The notes under the pieces are model-generated. The model was given only the letters and a program-made list of their open reading frames with translations, ran no database searches and was not told the origin of the DNA. A stretch of DNA of 64,000 nucleotides, from positions 96,001 to 160,000 of the forward strand of contig CBDCCZ010000010.1 in NCBI GenBank assembly GCA_965215005.1. The letters are read 5' to 3'. Below are positions 17,521 to 29,253 of the stretch, in pieces. The stretch comes from Kofleriaceae bacterium. Lineage in GTDB: Bacteria > Myxococcota_A > Polyangia > Haliangiales > Haliangiaceae. The position numbers and the translations under genes are program-made. Within the stretch, counting starts at the first letter, position 1. The number at the start of each line of letters is the position of its first letter.

Positions 17521-18899
17521 TCATCGTCGTGCTGGTGGTCATCGCACTTCTGGCGGTGAACGCGCTGTTCGTCGCCGCCGAGTTTGCGATTGTTGGCGCG
17601 CCGCGGCCGAGCATCGAGGAGTTGGCAGAGAAAGGCAGCGCAGCGGCCATCACGGTGCGTGACATCTTGCGCGATCCGCGCAAGCAAGACCGCTACATCG
17701 CCACTGCGCAGCTGGGAATCACCGTTGCGAGCCTCGGCCTCGGAATGTACGCCGAGGCCGAGCTGGCAGAGTGGCTCGTGGAGCTCACGCATCGCTTCGG
17801 CGCCCCGGCGTGGCTCGCCTCGCATGCAGCAGCCAGCATTTTGGCCATCGTAGCGCTCACGTATTTGCACATCGTGCTCGGTGAGATGGTGCCCAAAGCC
17901 ATCGCCTTGGCAAGCCCTGCCAAAGCGGCGATCTGGTTGACGCCGGTCATGCGGATTGCCGAAGCTGCGACGTTGCCGTTCGTGTACCTCCTCAACGGCC
18001 TGGGCAATGGCCTACTGCGCGTCTTCGGAGTCGAGCGACGGTTTGGTGGCGGCGCGCAGAACTACACCGCCGAAGAGCTACAGTTCGTGGTGCGAGAGAG
18101 CGAGGAGCTGGGACTGCTGGACGCTGAGGCCGCTCACGTGCTCGATGAGCTGATCGAATTTGGCGACTTGAGTGCGTGGGAGGTGATGGTGCCGCGCGTC
18201 AAGGTGCTCGGCATCGAGGTAGGCGCGAGTCTCGAGGAGCTCGCGGAGACGATTTCGGCGCAGCCGCACGCACGGTACCCAGTGTATGCACACGACCTCG
18301 ACCACATCGTCGGAATGATTCACATCAAGGACATCGCGCGGGCGCTTAGCACTCGCCGCGGGGTCCGCCAGAGCGACGTGCGCGCCATCCCTTACGTTCC
18401 TGGAAGCTCGACCCTGGACTCGGTGCTCACCGCCATGCGCAAAAGCGGCGTACAGATGGCGGTGGTCATGGACGAGCACGGCGGCACCGATGGCATCATC
18501 ACCACCGAAGATCTCATCGAAGAGGTCATCGGAGACATCGACGAAGCGGATGTGACCGAGGCGCCCGAGCTCGTCGTGGAAGAAAGTGGCGCGCTCGTGG
18601 TGGCGGGCACCGTCCGCATCGAAGAGATAGGCGAGGAGCTAGACCGCCGGCTCGAGCACGACGATGTCGATACCGTGAGCGGATTGGTTCTGGACTTGCT
18701 CGACCGTCCGCCGCTGGTCGGCGACCGCGTCGAGTGGGAAGGCCTCGAGCTGCAAGTCACGGCGGTCAAAGGACACGGAGTGGCGCAGTGCCGCGTGACC
18801 ACGCGTACAACGCCCATCGAGCGCCTTCGCGAGCGCGACAACGGTCGCGAACAGATCAACGGCAATGGCCGTGATGGCGATGACTCGCCGCAGTCGTGA
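17517..18899 (+). CDS. HlyC/CorC (CNNM; DUF21 + CBS + CorC) family protein
   Basis: NALFVAAEF, QLGITVASLGLG, GEMVPK, VMDEHGGTDGIITTEDLIEE, DTVSGLV. Confidence 0.92.
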   Translation: MIIVVLVVIALLAVNALFVAAEFAIVGAPRPSIEELAEKGSAAAITVRDILRDPRKQDRYIATAQLGITVASLGLGMYAEAELAEWLVELTHRFGAPAWLASHAAASILAIVALTYLHIVLGEMVPKAIALASPAKAAIWLTPVMRIAEAATLPFVYLLNGLGNGLLRVFGVERRFGGGAQNYTAEELQFVVRESEELGLLDAEAAHVLDELIEFGDLSAWEVMVPRVKVLGIEVGASLEELAETISAQPHARYPVYAHDLDHIVGMIHIKDIARALSTRRGVRQSDVRAIPYVPGSSTLDSVLTAMRKSGVQMAVVMDEHGGTDGIITTEDLIEEVIGDIDEADVTEAPELVVEESGALVVAGTVRIEEIGEELDRRLEHDDVDTVSGLVLDLLDRPPLVGDRVEWEGLELQVTAVKGHGVAQCRVTTRTTPIERLRERDNGREQINGNGRDGDDSPQS

Positions 18900-18928
18900 G
18901 CGACCCGCGCTTCGCGACTCGGCGCGTA

Positions 18929-19471
18929 TCAGCGCTCGCTAGCGGTCAACGCCTGCGCCAGCGCCCGAACGTGCGCATCGCTTGCGCCCATGGCCGCCAA
19001 CGCGCGATCGAGCTCGAGCACGTACTCGATGTTGCCGCCGCTGGGGCCTTGAGCGTGCGCGACCACGTCGACGATTTCCGCGATGGCCAGCGGCCCGAGA
19101 TAGTTGGGATTGGTCTCGCCCGCGATATACACCAGGCCCTCGACGGTCGGCGTACTGCCATCGCTCTCGGATAGGTGAATAGCTGTTTCGACGCGCTCGT
19201 AGCCGGCGCGTTCGCGCTGATCGAGACGCTCCAGCACCTCGCTGGCGGCATCGGCCTGCAGCTGATACGCCATGCCCCACACCGTCTCATCGGCAGCTGG
19301 CACCAGCGTCGCCACCCGTCCCGGCGCCTCCGGGGTGCCGCGGTGATCAGGCGACGCTTGCCAAAAACGGCGCATGTAGCCGCGAATGAAGCCGGGACGC
19401 CGCTGCTGGTGTTCAAACGCCGGCCGCCACACCAGCGAGCCATACCCGAAGATCCACAGACCTTCTCGCAT
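18929..19471 (-). CDS. chaC: ChaC-family gamma-glutamylcyclotransferase
   Basis: WIFGYGSLVW, RRFWQASPDHRGTPEAPGRV, LDQRE, GPSGGNIEY. Confidence 0.9.
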   Translation of the reverse strand: MREGLWIFGYGSLVWRPAFEHQQRRPGFIRGYMRRFWQASPDHRGTPEAPGRVATLVPAADETVWGMAYQLQADAASEVLERLDQRERAGYERVETAIHLSESDGSTPTVEGLVYIAGETNPNYLGPLAIAEIVDVVAHAQGPSGGNIEYVLELDRALAAMGASDAHVRALAQALTASER

Positions 19472-19477
19472 CGGCCG

Positions 19478-19487
19478 ATCATACACT
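19478..19487. promoter_or_regulatory. Overlapping divergent -10 elements (TATGAT on minus, TACACT on plus)
   Basis: Each hexamer lies 6 nt upstream of a start codon (19471 minus, 19494 plus) and they share the TA at 19482-19483. Confidence 0.65.
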
Positions 19488-19493
19488 GCGGCT

Positions 19494-20138
19494 GTGAACT
19501 TCTTTGGTCACGCGATGGTCGCCGCTTGGCGCGACCGCTCGGCCGACTTCGTCCTCGGCGCCATGCTCCCCGACTTCGCGACCATGGCCGGTGCACGGCT
19601 GCGCAAGCTTTCCGCCGGTTCGCTCGCCGATGGCATTCGCTTTCATCACGCCACCGACGCCGTGTTCCATCGACTCGAAGACTTTCGCTGGCTGTCACGA
19701 CAAACGTTGGCGCGCCTGGGCGAGCGCGGCGTCGCCCGCGGCAGCGCACTCGCTGTGGCGCACGTGGGTATCGAGCTGTTACTAGATGGCGAGCTGGTGG
19801 TCGATGCCGCCGCGCAGCGCGCGTATCGAGCCGCTGTTGCCGCGGCACCCTCCGCGTCTGGTTGTTGGCAAGACCAGGCGCACGAGGATCGTTGGCGCCA
19901 ACTCGCCGCGCGGCTCGCCGACTGGGGCGTGCCCACCGGATATCGCGACTCCGACGAGGTAACTCGCAGACTGGTGCGCATTCTGCGAGACCGACCGCGA
20001 CTGCGGCTGCGCGAGCCCGACCTCGAACGCGTGCGTGCCGAGCTCACCGAGATGCAAGAGCAGGTGGCGCAGCGAACCCCGGCGATCGTGGCAGCGCTTC
20101 GAGCCGAGCTCGCGCCGAGGCAGGCATCGCTGAATTAA
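19494..20138 (+). CDS. Hypothetical protein, ACP phosphodiesterase (AcpH/DUF479)-like
   Basis: MNFFGH...LGAMLPDF...GIRFHHATDAVFH...HVGIELLLD. Confidence 0.6.
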   Translation: MNFFGHAMVAAWRDRSADFVLGAMLPDFATMAGARLRKLSAGSLADGIRFHHATDAVFHRLEDFRWLSRQTLARLGERGVARGSALAVAHVGIELLLDGELVVDAAAQRAYRAAVAAAPSASGCWQDQAHEDRWRQLAARLADWGVPTGYRDSDEVTRRLVRILRDRPRLRLREPDLERVRAELTEMQEQVAQRTPAIVAALRAELAPRQASLN

Positions 20139-21103
20139 CGCCGGATGCGCCAACAGCGATGGATGCGCTGATCGCGAAAGTCCGGCGGGATGGTCTCGAG
20201 ACTGATGTTCTCGAGCTGCAAGCCGGTCAGCGCGCCTTCGTCTAGCTTGAATCGGCGATTGTTCGTCGAAAAGTACAGGATCCCCTCGGGAGCCAGCAGC
20301 GCCGCCGTATCGGTGACGAGCGCCACGTGATCGCGCTGCAGATCGAGATCTTCTTCGGTGCGCTTGGAGTTGGAGAACGTTGGTGGATCGAGCACGATCA
20401 GCTCGAAGCGGCGGCCGCGGCGACGCGCTTCGCCGAGAAACGCACGGACGTCATCGTGCACCAGCTCATGCCGGCTCGCGTAGAGGCCATTGAGCTCGAG
20501 GTTGCGCCGCGCCCACGCCAGGTAGGTCTTTGAGAGGTCTACGCTGGTGGTTTGAAGAGCGCCGCCGGCGGCCGCGTGCACGGTGAACGCGCCGGTGTAA
20601 CAGAACAGGTTGAGGACCCGTTTGCCGCGCGCTTCGGCGCCTACGCGGACGCGTAGCGGACGATGATCGAGAAACAACCCGGTGTCGAGATAGCCCTCGA
20701 GGTTGACCTCGAGCGACAGCCCTGCCTCGGTCACGATCACCGCCTCCGCATCCTCCTCGAGGCGACGGTGCTGCACGCCGCCGCGCTGCCGGCGTCGTTC
20801 TTTGACGTGAATGCGACCGCGGTCGGTAACGCCGAGTGCGTCGGCCGCGGCGACTGCCATCGCCTCGGTCCATACCAAGAGCTCTTCCTCCGTGGCGTCG
20901 ACGTCGGCGGTGCGTCGATAGCGCGCGACGTGCAGCCTGCCCTCGTACCAGTCGATGGCCAGCGGCACCTCGGGGATGTCGCGATCGTAGACGCGGTAGC
21001 AGCTCACCGCCTCGCGCCGCGCCCACTTGCGCAGGTGGCGCGCGTTCTTGCGCACCCGATTGCCAAGCATCTGTGCTTGGCGCTGTTGCACCGATTCGTC
21101 CAT
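20135..21103 (-). CDS. 23S rRNA methyltransferase, RlmK-like (C-terminal half of RlmKL)
   Basis: YRVYDRDIPE, YLDTGLFLDHR, LNLFCYTG, VDLSKTYLAW, DPPTFSNSK. Confidence 0.9.
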   Translation of the reverse strand: MDESVQQRQAQMLGNRVRKNARHLRKWARREAVSCYRVYDRDIPEVPLAIDWYEGRLHVARYRRTADVDATEEELLVWTEAMAVAAADALGVTDRGRIHVKERRRQRGGVQHRRLEEDAEAVIVTEAGLSLEVNLEGYLDTGLFLDHRPLRVRVGAEARGKRVLNLFCYTGAFTVHAAAGGALQTTSVDLSKTYLAWARRNLELNGLYASRHELVHDDVRAFLGEARRRGRRFELIVLDPPTFSNSKRTEEDLDLQRDHVALVTDTAALLAPEGILYFSTNNRRFKLDEGALTGLQLENISLETIPPDFRDQRIHRCWRIRR

Positions 21104-21131
21104 GCTCAGCTCAGCTCGCCGTACAACCGCT

Positions 21132-21674
21132 TTAGGCGGCGGCTTTGGGCAGATCCGGCTGCACGTCGATCGGCACGCCGCGCAACCCGAGCACGAAGTA
21201 ATACAGCAGCGCCAACAGTCCCCACCCCAGTCCCACCACCACGCCGCCGTCGATGATGCCGCGCCAGGGTTGCGGCAACGCGCGCACGGCGAGAACCAAC
21301 GTGACGACTCCCAGCAGCACCGACCACGCAATGATGAGCCGCTTGCGGGTGGCGTAGATCAAGCCCATGCAGAAAAGCGGCGCCACCACCACCAGGTCCA
21401 GACGCGGGTGCGCGGCGAGCCATCGCCCCCGCGCCACCACCCGCGGCGCCACGTTGGTCTGGAATCCGCGATAGCCCTCAGCGTAGCCGTTGAACAGCAC
21501 CCAACCGCCGTAGATCGCCCCTTGCAGCGGCGTCATTCCATCTCGCAGCGGCGCCAGCGCCAGCGGCGTGAGCCGAATCAGCGCCTGGGTGAGAAGCGCC
21601 GCAAACCCGAGCACGCCCCACGCGAGGATCCACAGCCGCGGAGACGGCAAAGCAGAGGAATCGGCTGACTGCAC
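21132..21674 (-). CDS. Conserved-type membrane protein (4 TM); start uncertain
   Basis: Hydrophobic segments with YAEGYRGFQ and PQPWRGIIDGGVVVGL motifs. Confidence 0.65.
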   Translation of the reverse strand: MQSADSSALPSPRLWILAWGVLGFAALLTQALIRLTPLALAPLRDGMTPLQGAIYGGWVLFNGYAEGYRGFQTNVAPRVVARGRWLAAHPRLDLVVVAPLFCMGLIYATRKRLIIAWSVLLGVVTLVLAVRALPQPWRGIIDGGVVVGLGWGLLALLYYFVLGLRGVPIDVQPDLPKAAA

Positions 21675-21761
21675 AGCCTCTAGTGATACCAGAACCGACG
21701 GCCGTTGCTGGCTTTGGCGTGGCGATATACTCTCGGGATGGGTAGTCGCGGAGAGCACCTC

Positions 21762-22175
21762 ATGCAGCCAAAATGGACGTTCTGGATCGCCACGGCGGCG
21801 CTGGCGATTTCCGCCTGCGGTCACGCCCGCGTCGTCCGCCGAGCCCAATACGGCGGCACGCTGGCCTTTGAAGGAGATCGCGGCAAAGCCAGTGAAGATG
21901 CTCACCGCATCATGGTCGAGCATTGCCAAGGTCCCTACACCATTCTCGAAGAAGGCGAGCATGTGGTCGGGCAGGACACAGTGCGCGGCGAGGAAACCTA
22001 CGTAGACGACTACGGCAACGTAGTCACAGAGTCAGGCACCACCACCCGTGCTGCCACCGAATGGCGAGTTCAGTACGCCTGCGGTGAGAACGCGGCGCCG
22101 CCGCCGGAGCCGGGGCCACCGCAAGGGCCGCCGGGAAGCCAGCCGCCAGGGCCGCCACCACCGCCCAACTACTAA
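21762..22175 (+). CDS. Small lipoprotein with Pro-rich tail
   Basis: ISA|C lipobox; GGAG upstream; TATACT box at 21726-21731. Confidence 0.72.
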   Translation: MQPKWTFWIATAALAISACGHARVVRRAQYGGTLAFEGDRGKASEDAHRIMVEHCQGPYTILEEGEHVVGQDTVRGEETYVDDYGNVVTESGTTTRAATEWRVQYACGENAAPPPEPGPPQGPPGSQPPGPPPPPNY

Positions 22176-22178
22176 CCA

Positions 22179-23840
<1,662 letters not shown>

Positions 23841-23853
23841 GCGCAAGCCCTGG

Positions 23854-24594
23854 CTACGGCAATCGCCCAAGGAGCGCCAGCTGCGCCAGTGCCGCGGCAG
23901 CAGCGATCTCGAGCCGCAATACGAAGGGCCCGAGCGATGCGGCGTGAAAGCCGAGCGCGCCAAAGCTCTCAAGCTCGGCGTCGATCCAGCCGCCCTCCGG
24001 TCCAAACGCCACGACGGTGGGTCCAGCGAGCCCGAGCGGAAGCAGCGCTTCGATGGTCGGCGCTCGTGGATGCGCGATGATCGCCACGCCGCGGCGGCGC
24101 TCCAGCCGCTGAGCGAGCGTCTCGCGCAAGAACGGCATGAGCAGCCGATGCACCTTGATGTGAGGGACCCATGAGGTCGCGCCTTGCTCGCAACCAAGTC
24201 GCGCATGCTCGCGCAGCGTGGCCGGCGCCAAGGCCGCGGCGCCAAAGTAGCTCTTGTCGACCCGCCATGCATTGATGAGCTCGATGCGCGCGACGCCAAA
24301 CGAGGCCAGCGTCGAGATGAGCCTCCCGAGCACCTTGGGGCGCGGCAGCGCAAGGATGACCTCGATGAGCGGCGGCGCAAGCGCGACGGGTTTCGCTTGG
24401 AGAAGCTCGAGCGCAACGCGGCTGCCCACCGTCAACACCCGGGCCTGCCCGACCTCATGGCCAGCCAGGGCTGCCCGGATCAGCTGCCCCGGCGCGGCGC
24501 GCAACACCTCTCGAACATGCGATGCGCGGCGCCCGGTGAGCTCGGCGCGGCCGGCTGCATCGACCTCGTCGGCCTCTAGGAGCAACAGGTTCAC
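23854..24594 (-). CDS. rsmE: 16S rRNA m3U1498 methyltransferase
   Basis: HVREVLR, LALPRPK, GCEQG, GPEGGW, LGPFVLRLE. Confidence 0.88.
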   Translation of the reverse strand: MNLLLLEADEVDAAGRAELTGRRASHVREVLRAAPGQLIRAALAGHEVGQARVLTVGSRVALELLQAKPVALAPPLIEVILALPRPKVLGRLISTLASFGVARIELINAWRVDKSYFGAAALAPATLREHARLGCEQGATSWVPHIKVHRLLMPFLRETLAQRLERRRGVAIIAHPRAPTIEALLPLGLAGPTVVAFGPEGGWIDAELESFGALGFHAASLGPFVLRLEIAAAAALAQLALLGRLP

Positions 24595-24749
24595 CGGGGT
24601 CGTTATAGCGTCATTGCCGCTCGTCATTGCTGCCGCCGCGCCGAGCCGCTTTGCCTCACGCGCAACGACGTCGTGTCGCGACACATCGTCTCAGTGGTGC
24701 GCACCAGCGACAGCCGGCGCTCCGCTGCGGCTCCGCAGCGGTTGTCACG

Positions 24750-24766
24750 CTGGCATCGCACTTGAA
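24750..24766 (+). promoter_or_regulatory. Possible sigma54 -24/-12 promoter
   Basis: CTGGCATCGCACTTGAA (GG-N10-GA, imperfect -12), 28 nt before ATG 24795. Confidence 0.3.
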
Positions 24767-24794
24767 GGGTGTGGCCGAAACTCACGAAAGGCCT

Positions 24795-25361
24795 ATGACG
24801 ATGTTGAAGCAAACCTGTCTCACAGCGCTCCTAGCGCTCACTCTGCCGATTGCAACGAGCTGCGAGAAAGATGATCCGCAAGACCAGCTAGAAGACCTGC
24901 AAGAGGCCAGGGAGAACAGCCCCGAGGTGGCGCAAGACCTGGAGCAGGAGCTCGAGCAGGCAAAAGCCGAGGTGCTGCGCTTGGAGAAGAAGCTCGCGCT
25001 GGCCAGACAAGGCGTAACCGACGAAGTCATCGAGGAGCGCGCGGAGTTGCAGCAGGCGCTCGCGGAAGAACGGCAAGAGGTCCGCGAGGAGATCGGCGAG
25101 GCGCAGGAAGAAGCGCAACAGCACAATGCGACGGCCAATCAGGCGCGGCGCGCGCTCACGGAAACCCAGCCGCCAGCGCGCGTGGAGGCGGAGGTCTCCA
25201 GCGATAGCGCGGTGGTGCCAGCGCGCGGCGAGGCACGTACGTCGAGAACGGCGCACACGATTCCTCTCGAGAAGACCGAGGTGCCAACCACTCCGCCCAC
25301 CAAGGTGAAACCGCTCGACGCCGAAACCGACACCCGCGCGGCCAAGCCAGTGGAGCAGTAG
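24795..25361 (+). CDS. Coiled-coil lipoprotein
   Basis: ATS|C signal followed by E/Q/A/L-rich heptads. Confidence 0.7.
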   Translation: MTMLKQTCLTALLALTLPIATSCEKDDPQDQLEDLQEARENSPEVAQDLEQELEQAKAEVLRLEKKLALARQGVTDEVIEERAELQQALAEERQEVREEIGEAQEEAQQHNATANQARRALTETQPPARVEAEVSSDSAVVPARGEARTSRTAHTIPLEKTEVPTTPPTKVKPLDAETDTRAAKPVEQ

Positions 25362-25433
25362 CAGCGGCAAAGCCCGCGGCGTTGCGTACTCAGGCGAGCG
25401 TCGGCCGCGCCGCAGCTCGTACGATTCGTACGG

Positions 25434-26939
25434 TCAGTTGGCAGCGGCCAGATACACCGCGGCTACGGTCGCGGTGAACGCAATCGCCAAGAGCAGGCCC
25501 GTAAGGACCGTGAGAACGAGCTCCCAAGGCGTGGAAGCAGGAGCCGCCGCGCCGGCAGGCTGCATCGTGTCCGCGGTCGGCCGGGGGCCTCGTTTGGCAG
25601 CGGGCGTGGGGCGTAGCATTTCGGTCGCAGCGCTTGGCGTATGCGAGGGCTCGCGTGCGCTTTGAGCGGCGAGTTGCGGCGCCTGCGAGGCCGCCATGGC
25701 CGCCAGCTGCCGCCTCACGGTCTTCTCGCCGGTGGGCTCGTCGAAGTCTTCGAGGAGCGAAGGCATCTCGATGGCGACAGAAAACTGGCTCTCGGCGCGC
25801 GGCAACCCGAGGCTCGGCTCGCGCATGCGTCCGATGATCTCGCCCGAGACCTCGGTGGCGCGCCGCCCCGGCAGTCGTTCGTCGGCGTCGGGCACGATTT
25901 CCAGCCGCGGGCGCGCGCGAGCTGGAGCCTTTCCCTTTGGCGGCTCGCTTGCCTCGGCCGACGCCATTTGCCGTGCGGCGGCGTCGTCGCCGAACAGCTC
26001 GCGCATGAAGCGCGCGAGCTGTACCGCGGAGAGTGGCAAGTTCTCCCCCCGTGCGAATGCCTCGAGCTCGACCTGCAGTGCCTCAGCGGTTGCAAAGCGA
26101 TCGTCGGGATTGCGCTCCAGAGCGCGCATGATGATGCGCTCGAGGGCCAGCGGATAATTCGGACGTAGCGAAGAGGGACGCGGCACGTCTTCGTAGACGA
26201 TCTTCTTCATCGTGCCGAACTCGTTCTCGGCTTTGAACAAGCGCTGCCCGGTGGTGAGCTCCCAGAGCGAAATACCGAGTGCGAAGACGTCGGTGCGGCG
26301 GTCGATGTCGCGGCCCTGGCACTGCTCAGGGCTCATATAGGCGATCTTTCCCTTCAACGTGCCGGCTTTGGTGTGCGACTGCCGCCGCGCTGCTTTGGCA
26401 ACACCGAAGTCGATGAGCTTGATGCAGCCATCGAACGACACCAGAATGTTCGATGGAGAGACGTCGCGGTGCACGATACCCAGCGGCGTGTCATCGGCGG
26501 CTTTCATCTCGTGAGCCGAATGCAGCCCTGCGGCCGCCCCAATGACCATGTAGAGAATGTGCTCCAGCGGCAGCGGGACGCTGCGCTGATAGCAGGCGCG
26601 CAAGATGCTGCGGACGTCTTGGCCATGGACCAACTCCATGGTGAAGAACAGTCCACCGTCGCTCTGCCCGATATCGTAGACCTGCGCGATGTTGGGATGA
26701 TGCAGGCGGGCGGCCAATCGAGCCTCGTCGAGAAACATCGACAGAAACTCGTGGCTCTCGGCGTACTGCGGCAAGATTCGTTTGAGCGCGACGAGCTTCT
26801 CGAAGCCTTCGATACCCGTAACGCGAGCGACATACAGCTCCGCCATGCCGCCAACCGCCAGCCGGCGAATCAGCTCATAGCGCCCGAGCACCGTTCCCGG
26901 AGGCAGGAGCGCAGTCTCTTCAACAGCGGAAGGCTTCAT
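25434..26939 (-). CDS. Hanks-type Ser/Thr protein kinase with C-terminal TM helix
   Basis: GGMAELY, VALKRI, HRDVSPSN, DFG, YMSPEQ. Confidence 0.95.
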   Translation of the reverse strand: MKPSAVEETALLPPGTVLGRYELIRRLAVGGMAELYVARVTGIEGFEKLVALKRILPQYAESHEFLSMFLDEARLAARLHHPNIAQVYDIGQSDGGLFFTMELVHGQDVRSILRACYQRSVPLPLEHILYMVIGAAAGLHSAHEMKAADDTPLGIVHRDVSPSNILVSFDGCIKLIDFGVAKAARRQSHTKAGTLKGKIAYMSPEQCQGRDIDRRTDVFALGISLWELTTGQRLFKAENEFGTMKKIVYEDVPRPSSLRPNYPLALERIIMRALERNPDDRFATAEALQVELEAFARGENLPLSAVQLARFMRELFGDDAAARQMASAEASEPPKGKAPARARPRLEIVPDADERLPGRRATEVSGEIIGRMREPSLGLPRAESQFSVAIEMPSLLEDFDEPTGEKTVRRQLAAMAASQAPQLAAQSAREPSHTPSAATEMLRPTPAAKRGPRPTADTMQPAGAAAPASTPWELVLTVLTGLLLAIAFTATVAAVYLAAAN

Positions 26940-27087
26940 CGTGGGCTCTCCCACGATGACCGAGACCCGCGCGACCAATCAAGTACCACGTTGCTGGTGA
27001 ATCGGCTCACCAAGAGCTGCCCGCGTAGAACGAGCTACGGGGAGCCGCGGCAAAGTCGGAGCGCGCATTCTGCCGTCGTCACGTTGC

Positions 27088-28050
27088 TTACCCCGGCGAA
27101 GAAGAGCTCCGCACCCAGTCCAACGTCTCGCGAAGGCCCTCGGCCAGCTCGGTATTGGCGCGGAAACCCAGCAGCTGCTCGGCTCTCTTTACCGCGGCCA
27201 CCGAGCGCAGAATCTCGCCAGGGCGCGCCGGCGCATGCTCTATGGGTACGCCGGTGCCGCAGAGCTCGACGACGGTACTGGCGAGCTGATTGACGGTGGT
27301 TTGACTACCGGTACCGATATTGACGGCGGCGCGGTCGGCCGCATCGCTCATGACTGCCGTGACCACGGCGCGAGCAACGTCGGCGACATAGACGAAGTCG
27401 CGGGTTTGCTGCCCGTCACCAAAGATGGTGAGCCCGCGGCCGGTCATGGCGCGGTCGGCGAAGATCGAGATGACGCCCGAGTACGGGCTCGAAGGATCTT
27501 GCCGAGGGCCAAAGACGTTGAAGAAACGCAGGGCGGTCGCCTCCACGCCGTGAACCATGGAGTAGTAGCGCAGCGCGTGCTCGCTCGAGAGCTTGTGAAT
27601 TCCATAGGGCGACACCGGCCGACATAGCGCGCTCTCAGCAACCGGCATCTCGGTAACGTCGCCATAGACTGCCGCCGACGATGCCAGCACCACCTTCTTG
27701 ACCCCACAGTGGCGCGCATATTCGAGAACCGCCAGGGTGGCGCCGTAGTTGATGCGCGCGTCCGCCAGCGGGCTCTCGATCGACTTCACGACCGAAACCT
27801 GGGCGGCTAAGTGAATGATGCGCGCGACGGGACCGCGGCGACGCGTCACCTCGGCGAGCGGCGCGAACAAGCCATCGGCGACGTCTACGGCTTTCACCTC
27901 GACTCTATTATCGCCGGCATGGCGCGCGAGATTGGCTCGTTTGCCGGTGCTGAAGTCATCGAGCACGATGACCGAGTAGCCGTCCGCGACCAGGCGGTCG
28001 ACGACGTGCGAGCCGATGAAGCCAGCGCCACCGGTCACGGCGACGAGCAT
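27088..28050 (-). CDS. NAD-dependent epimerase (UDP-glucose 4-epimerase-like)
   Basis: TGGAGFIGSH, SSAAVYG, YGIHK, GPRQDPSSPYSGVI. Confidence 0.93.
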   Translation of the reverse strand: MLVAVTGGAGFIGSHVVDRLVADGYSVIVLDDFSTGKRANLARHAGDNRVEVKAVDVADGLFAPLAEVTRRRGPVARIIHLAAQVSVVKSIESPLADARINYGATLAVLEYARHCGVKKVVLASSAAVYGDVTEMPVAESALCRPVSPYGIHKLSSEHALRYYSMVHGVEATALRFFNVFGPRQDPSSPYSGVISIFADRAMTGRGLTIFGDGQQTRDFVYVADVARAVVTAVMSDAADRAAVNIGTGSQTTVNQLASTVVELCGTGVPIEHAPARPGEILRSVAAVKRAEQLLGFRANTELAEGLRETLDWVRSSSSPG

Positions 28051-28257
28051 TGAAGAGCTTGGTTGCGAGCTCACGACGCCTCCCTTGCGAATGCGTGCCA
28101 GTGCGGCAGGTGCACGTACGACGAGTAACACGCGCCGCCGTTAGCCACCAATGCTCGGCTTGCCCCTCGCTCGCAGACTCTTACCAAGGGTTGCACGCCT
28201 ACAGCGGACGCTTCCGCTCACCCGGTTCCTTGACGCCCGCCAGGGTAAGGTGGCGCG

Positions 28258-29136
28258 ATGCGTCGCGGCCCGCTGTACATGATCATCGCCGGTCTGGCGT
28301 TCACGGTGATGGTGACGCTGGTCAAAACGGTGCGTGATGACCTCAGCCCGTTCGAGGTGGTTTTTTGGCGAGGGCTGGTGTCGATACCGCTGGCACTTGC
28401 CTTCGCTTGCGGCACATCGCTGCGGCTCTACAACGTCGGGCTATTTGCGCTGCGTGCGGTGCTTGGCTTCATCGCCATGATCGGCTTCTTCACCGCCGCG
28501 CGCGGCCTGCTCATCGCGGACTTGTCGCTGATTTCCAAGCTGCAACCCATGGTGGTGGCGATTCTTGCGCCGCTGCTACTCGGTATCCACGAGCGGCCGA
28601 GTCGACTGGTGTGGCTGCTGCTCGGCGTAGGTTTGGCTGGCTGCGCACTCTTACTCGCCCCCGATCTGGCGGTTGGCTCACCCTATGGCCTCTGGTGTTT
28701 GGCCGGTGCAGTGTTTTCGGCCGGCGCCCATGTCGCGGTGCGTGGCCTGGCACGAACCAACGACCCGCGGGTTTTGGTGTTTCACTTCCAGCTCGCAATG
28801 ATGGTGCTGGCGCTGCTGGCGATCGTCATCACGACGCACGACTTGCCGCCCTTGCCGCGCCCGGCCCTGTGGCCAGCCGTCCTGGGCATCGGCGTGAGCG
28901 CAACCTTGGGGCAGCTCTTCATGACCCACGCCTACGCCCGCGATCGCGCCGCCGTGGTCGCCGCGGCCTCCTATTCCGCGCCGATCTGGGGCGTGGCCGC
29001 CGACCTGGTTGTGTTCGCGGCGGTGCCGGGCTGGCACGTCATCATCGGCGGCGTGCTGATCGTCGGCTCGGGTATGGTGCTGGTGTTTGCCAAAGAAGCG
29101 CCCCCCGCCGAGCCCGGTCTGCCCGCTGCTGAGTAA
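28258..29136 (+). CDS. DMT/EamA family transporter
   Basis: About 10 hydrophobic segments in two EamA-like halves. Confidence 0.85.
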   Translation: MRRGPLYMIIAGLAFTVMVTLVKTVRDDLSPFEVVFWRGLVSIPLALAFACGTSLRLYNVGLFALRAVLGFIAMIGFFTAARGLLIADLSLISKLQPMVVAILAPLLLGIHERPSRLVWLLLGVGLAGCALLLAPDLAVGSPYGLWCLAGAVFSAGAHVAVRGLARTNDPRVLVFHFQLAMMVLALLAIVITTHDLPPLPRPALWPAVLGIGVSATLGQLFMTHAYARDRAAVVAAASYSAPIWGVAADLVVFAAVPGWHVIIGGVLIVGSGMVLVFAKEAPPAEPGLPAAE

Positions 29137-29253
29137 GAGCCTGGCGGCGCAAACCGGCCACCCGTCAAGGCGAGCGGACGAAACGAACGGGTCGAAGGGA
29201 ATTCGGCCCGTAAATAACGGCCAATACGACTACGAGCGCGTATACTGCTCCTC

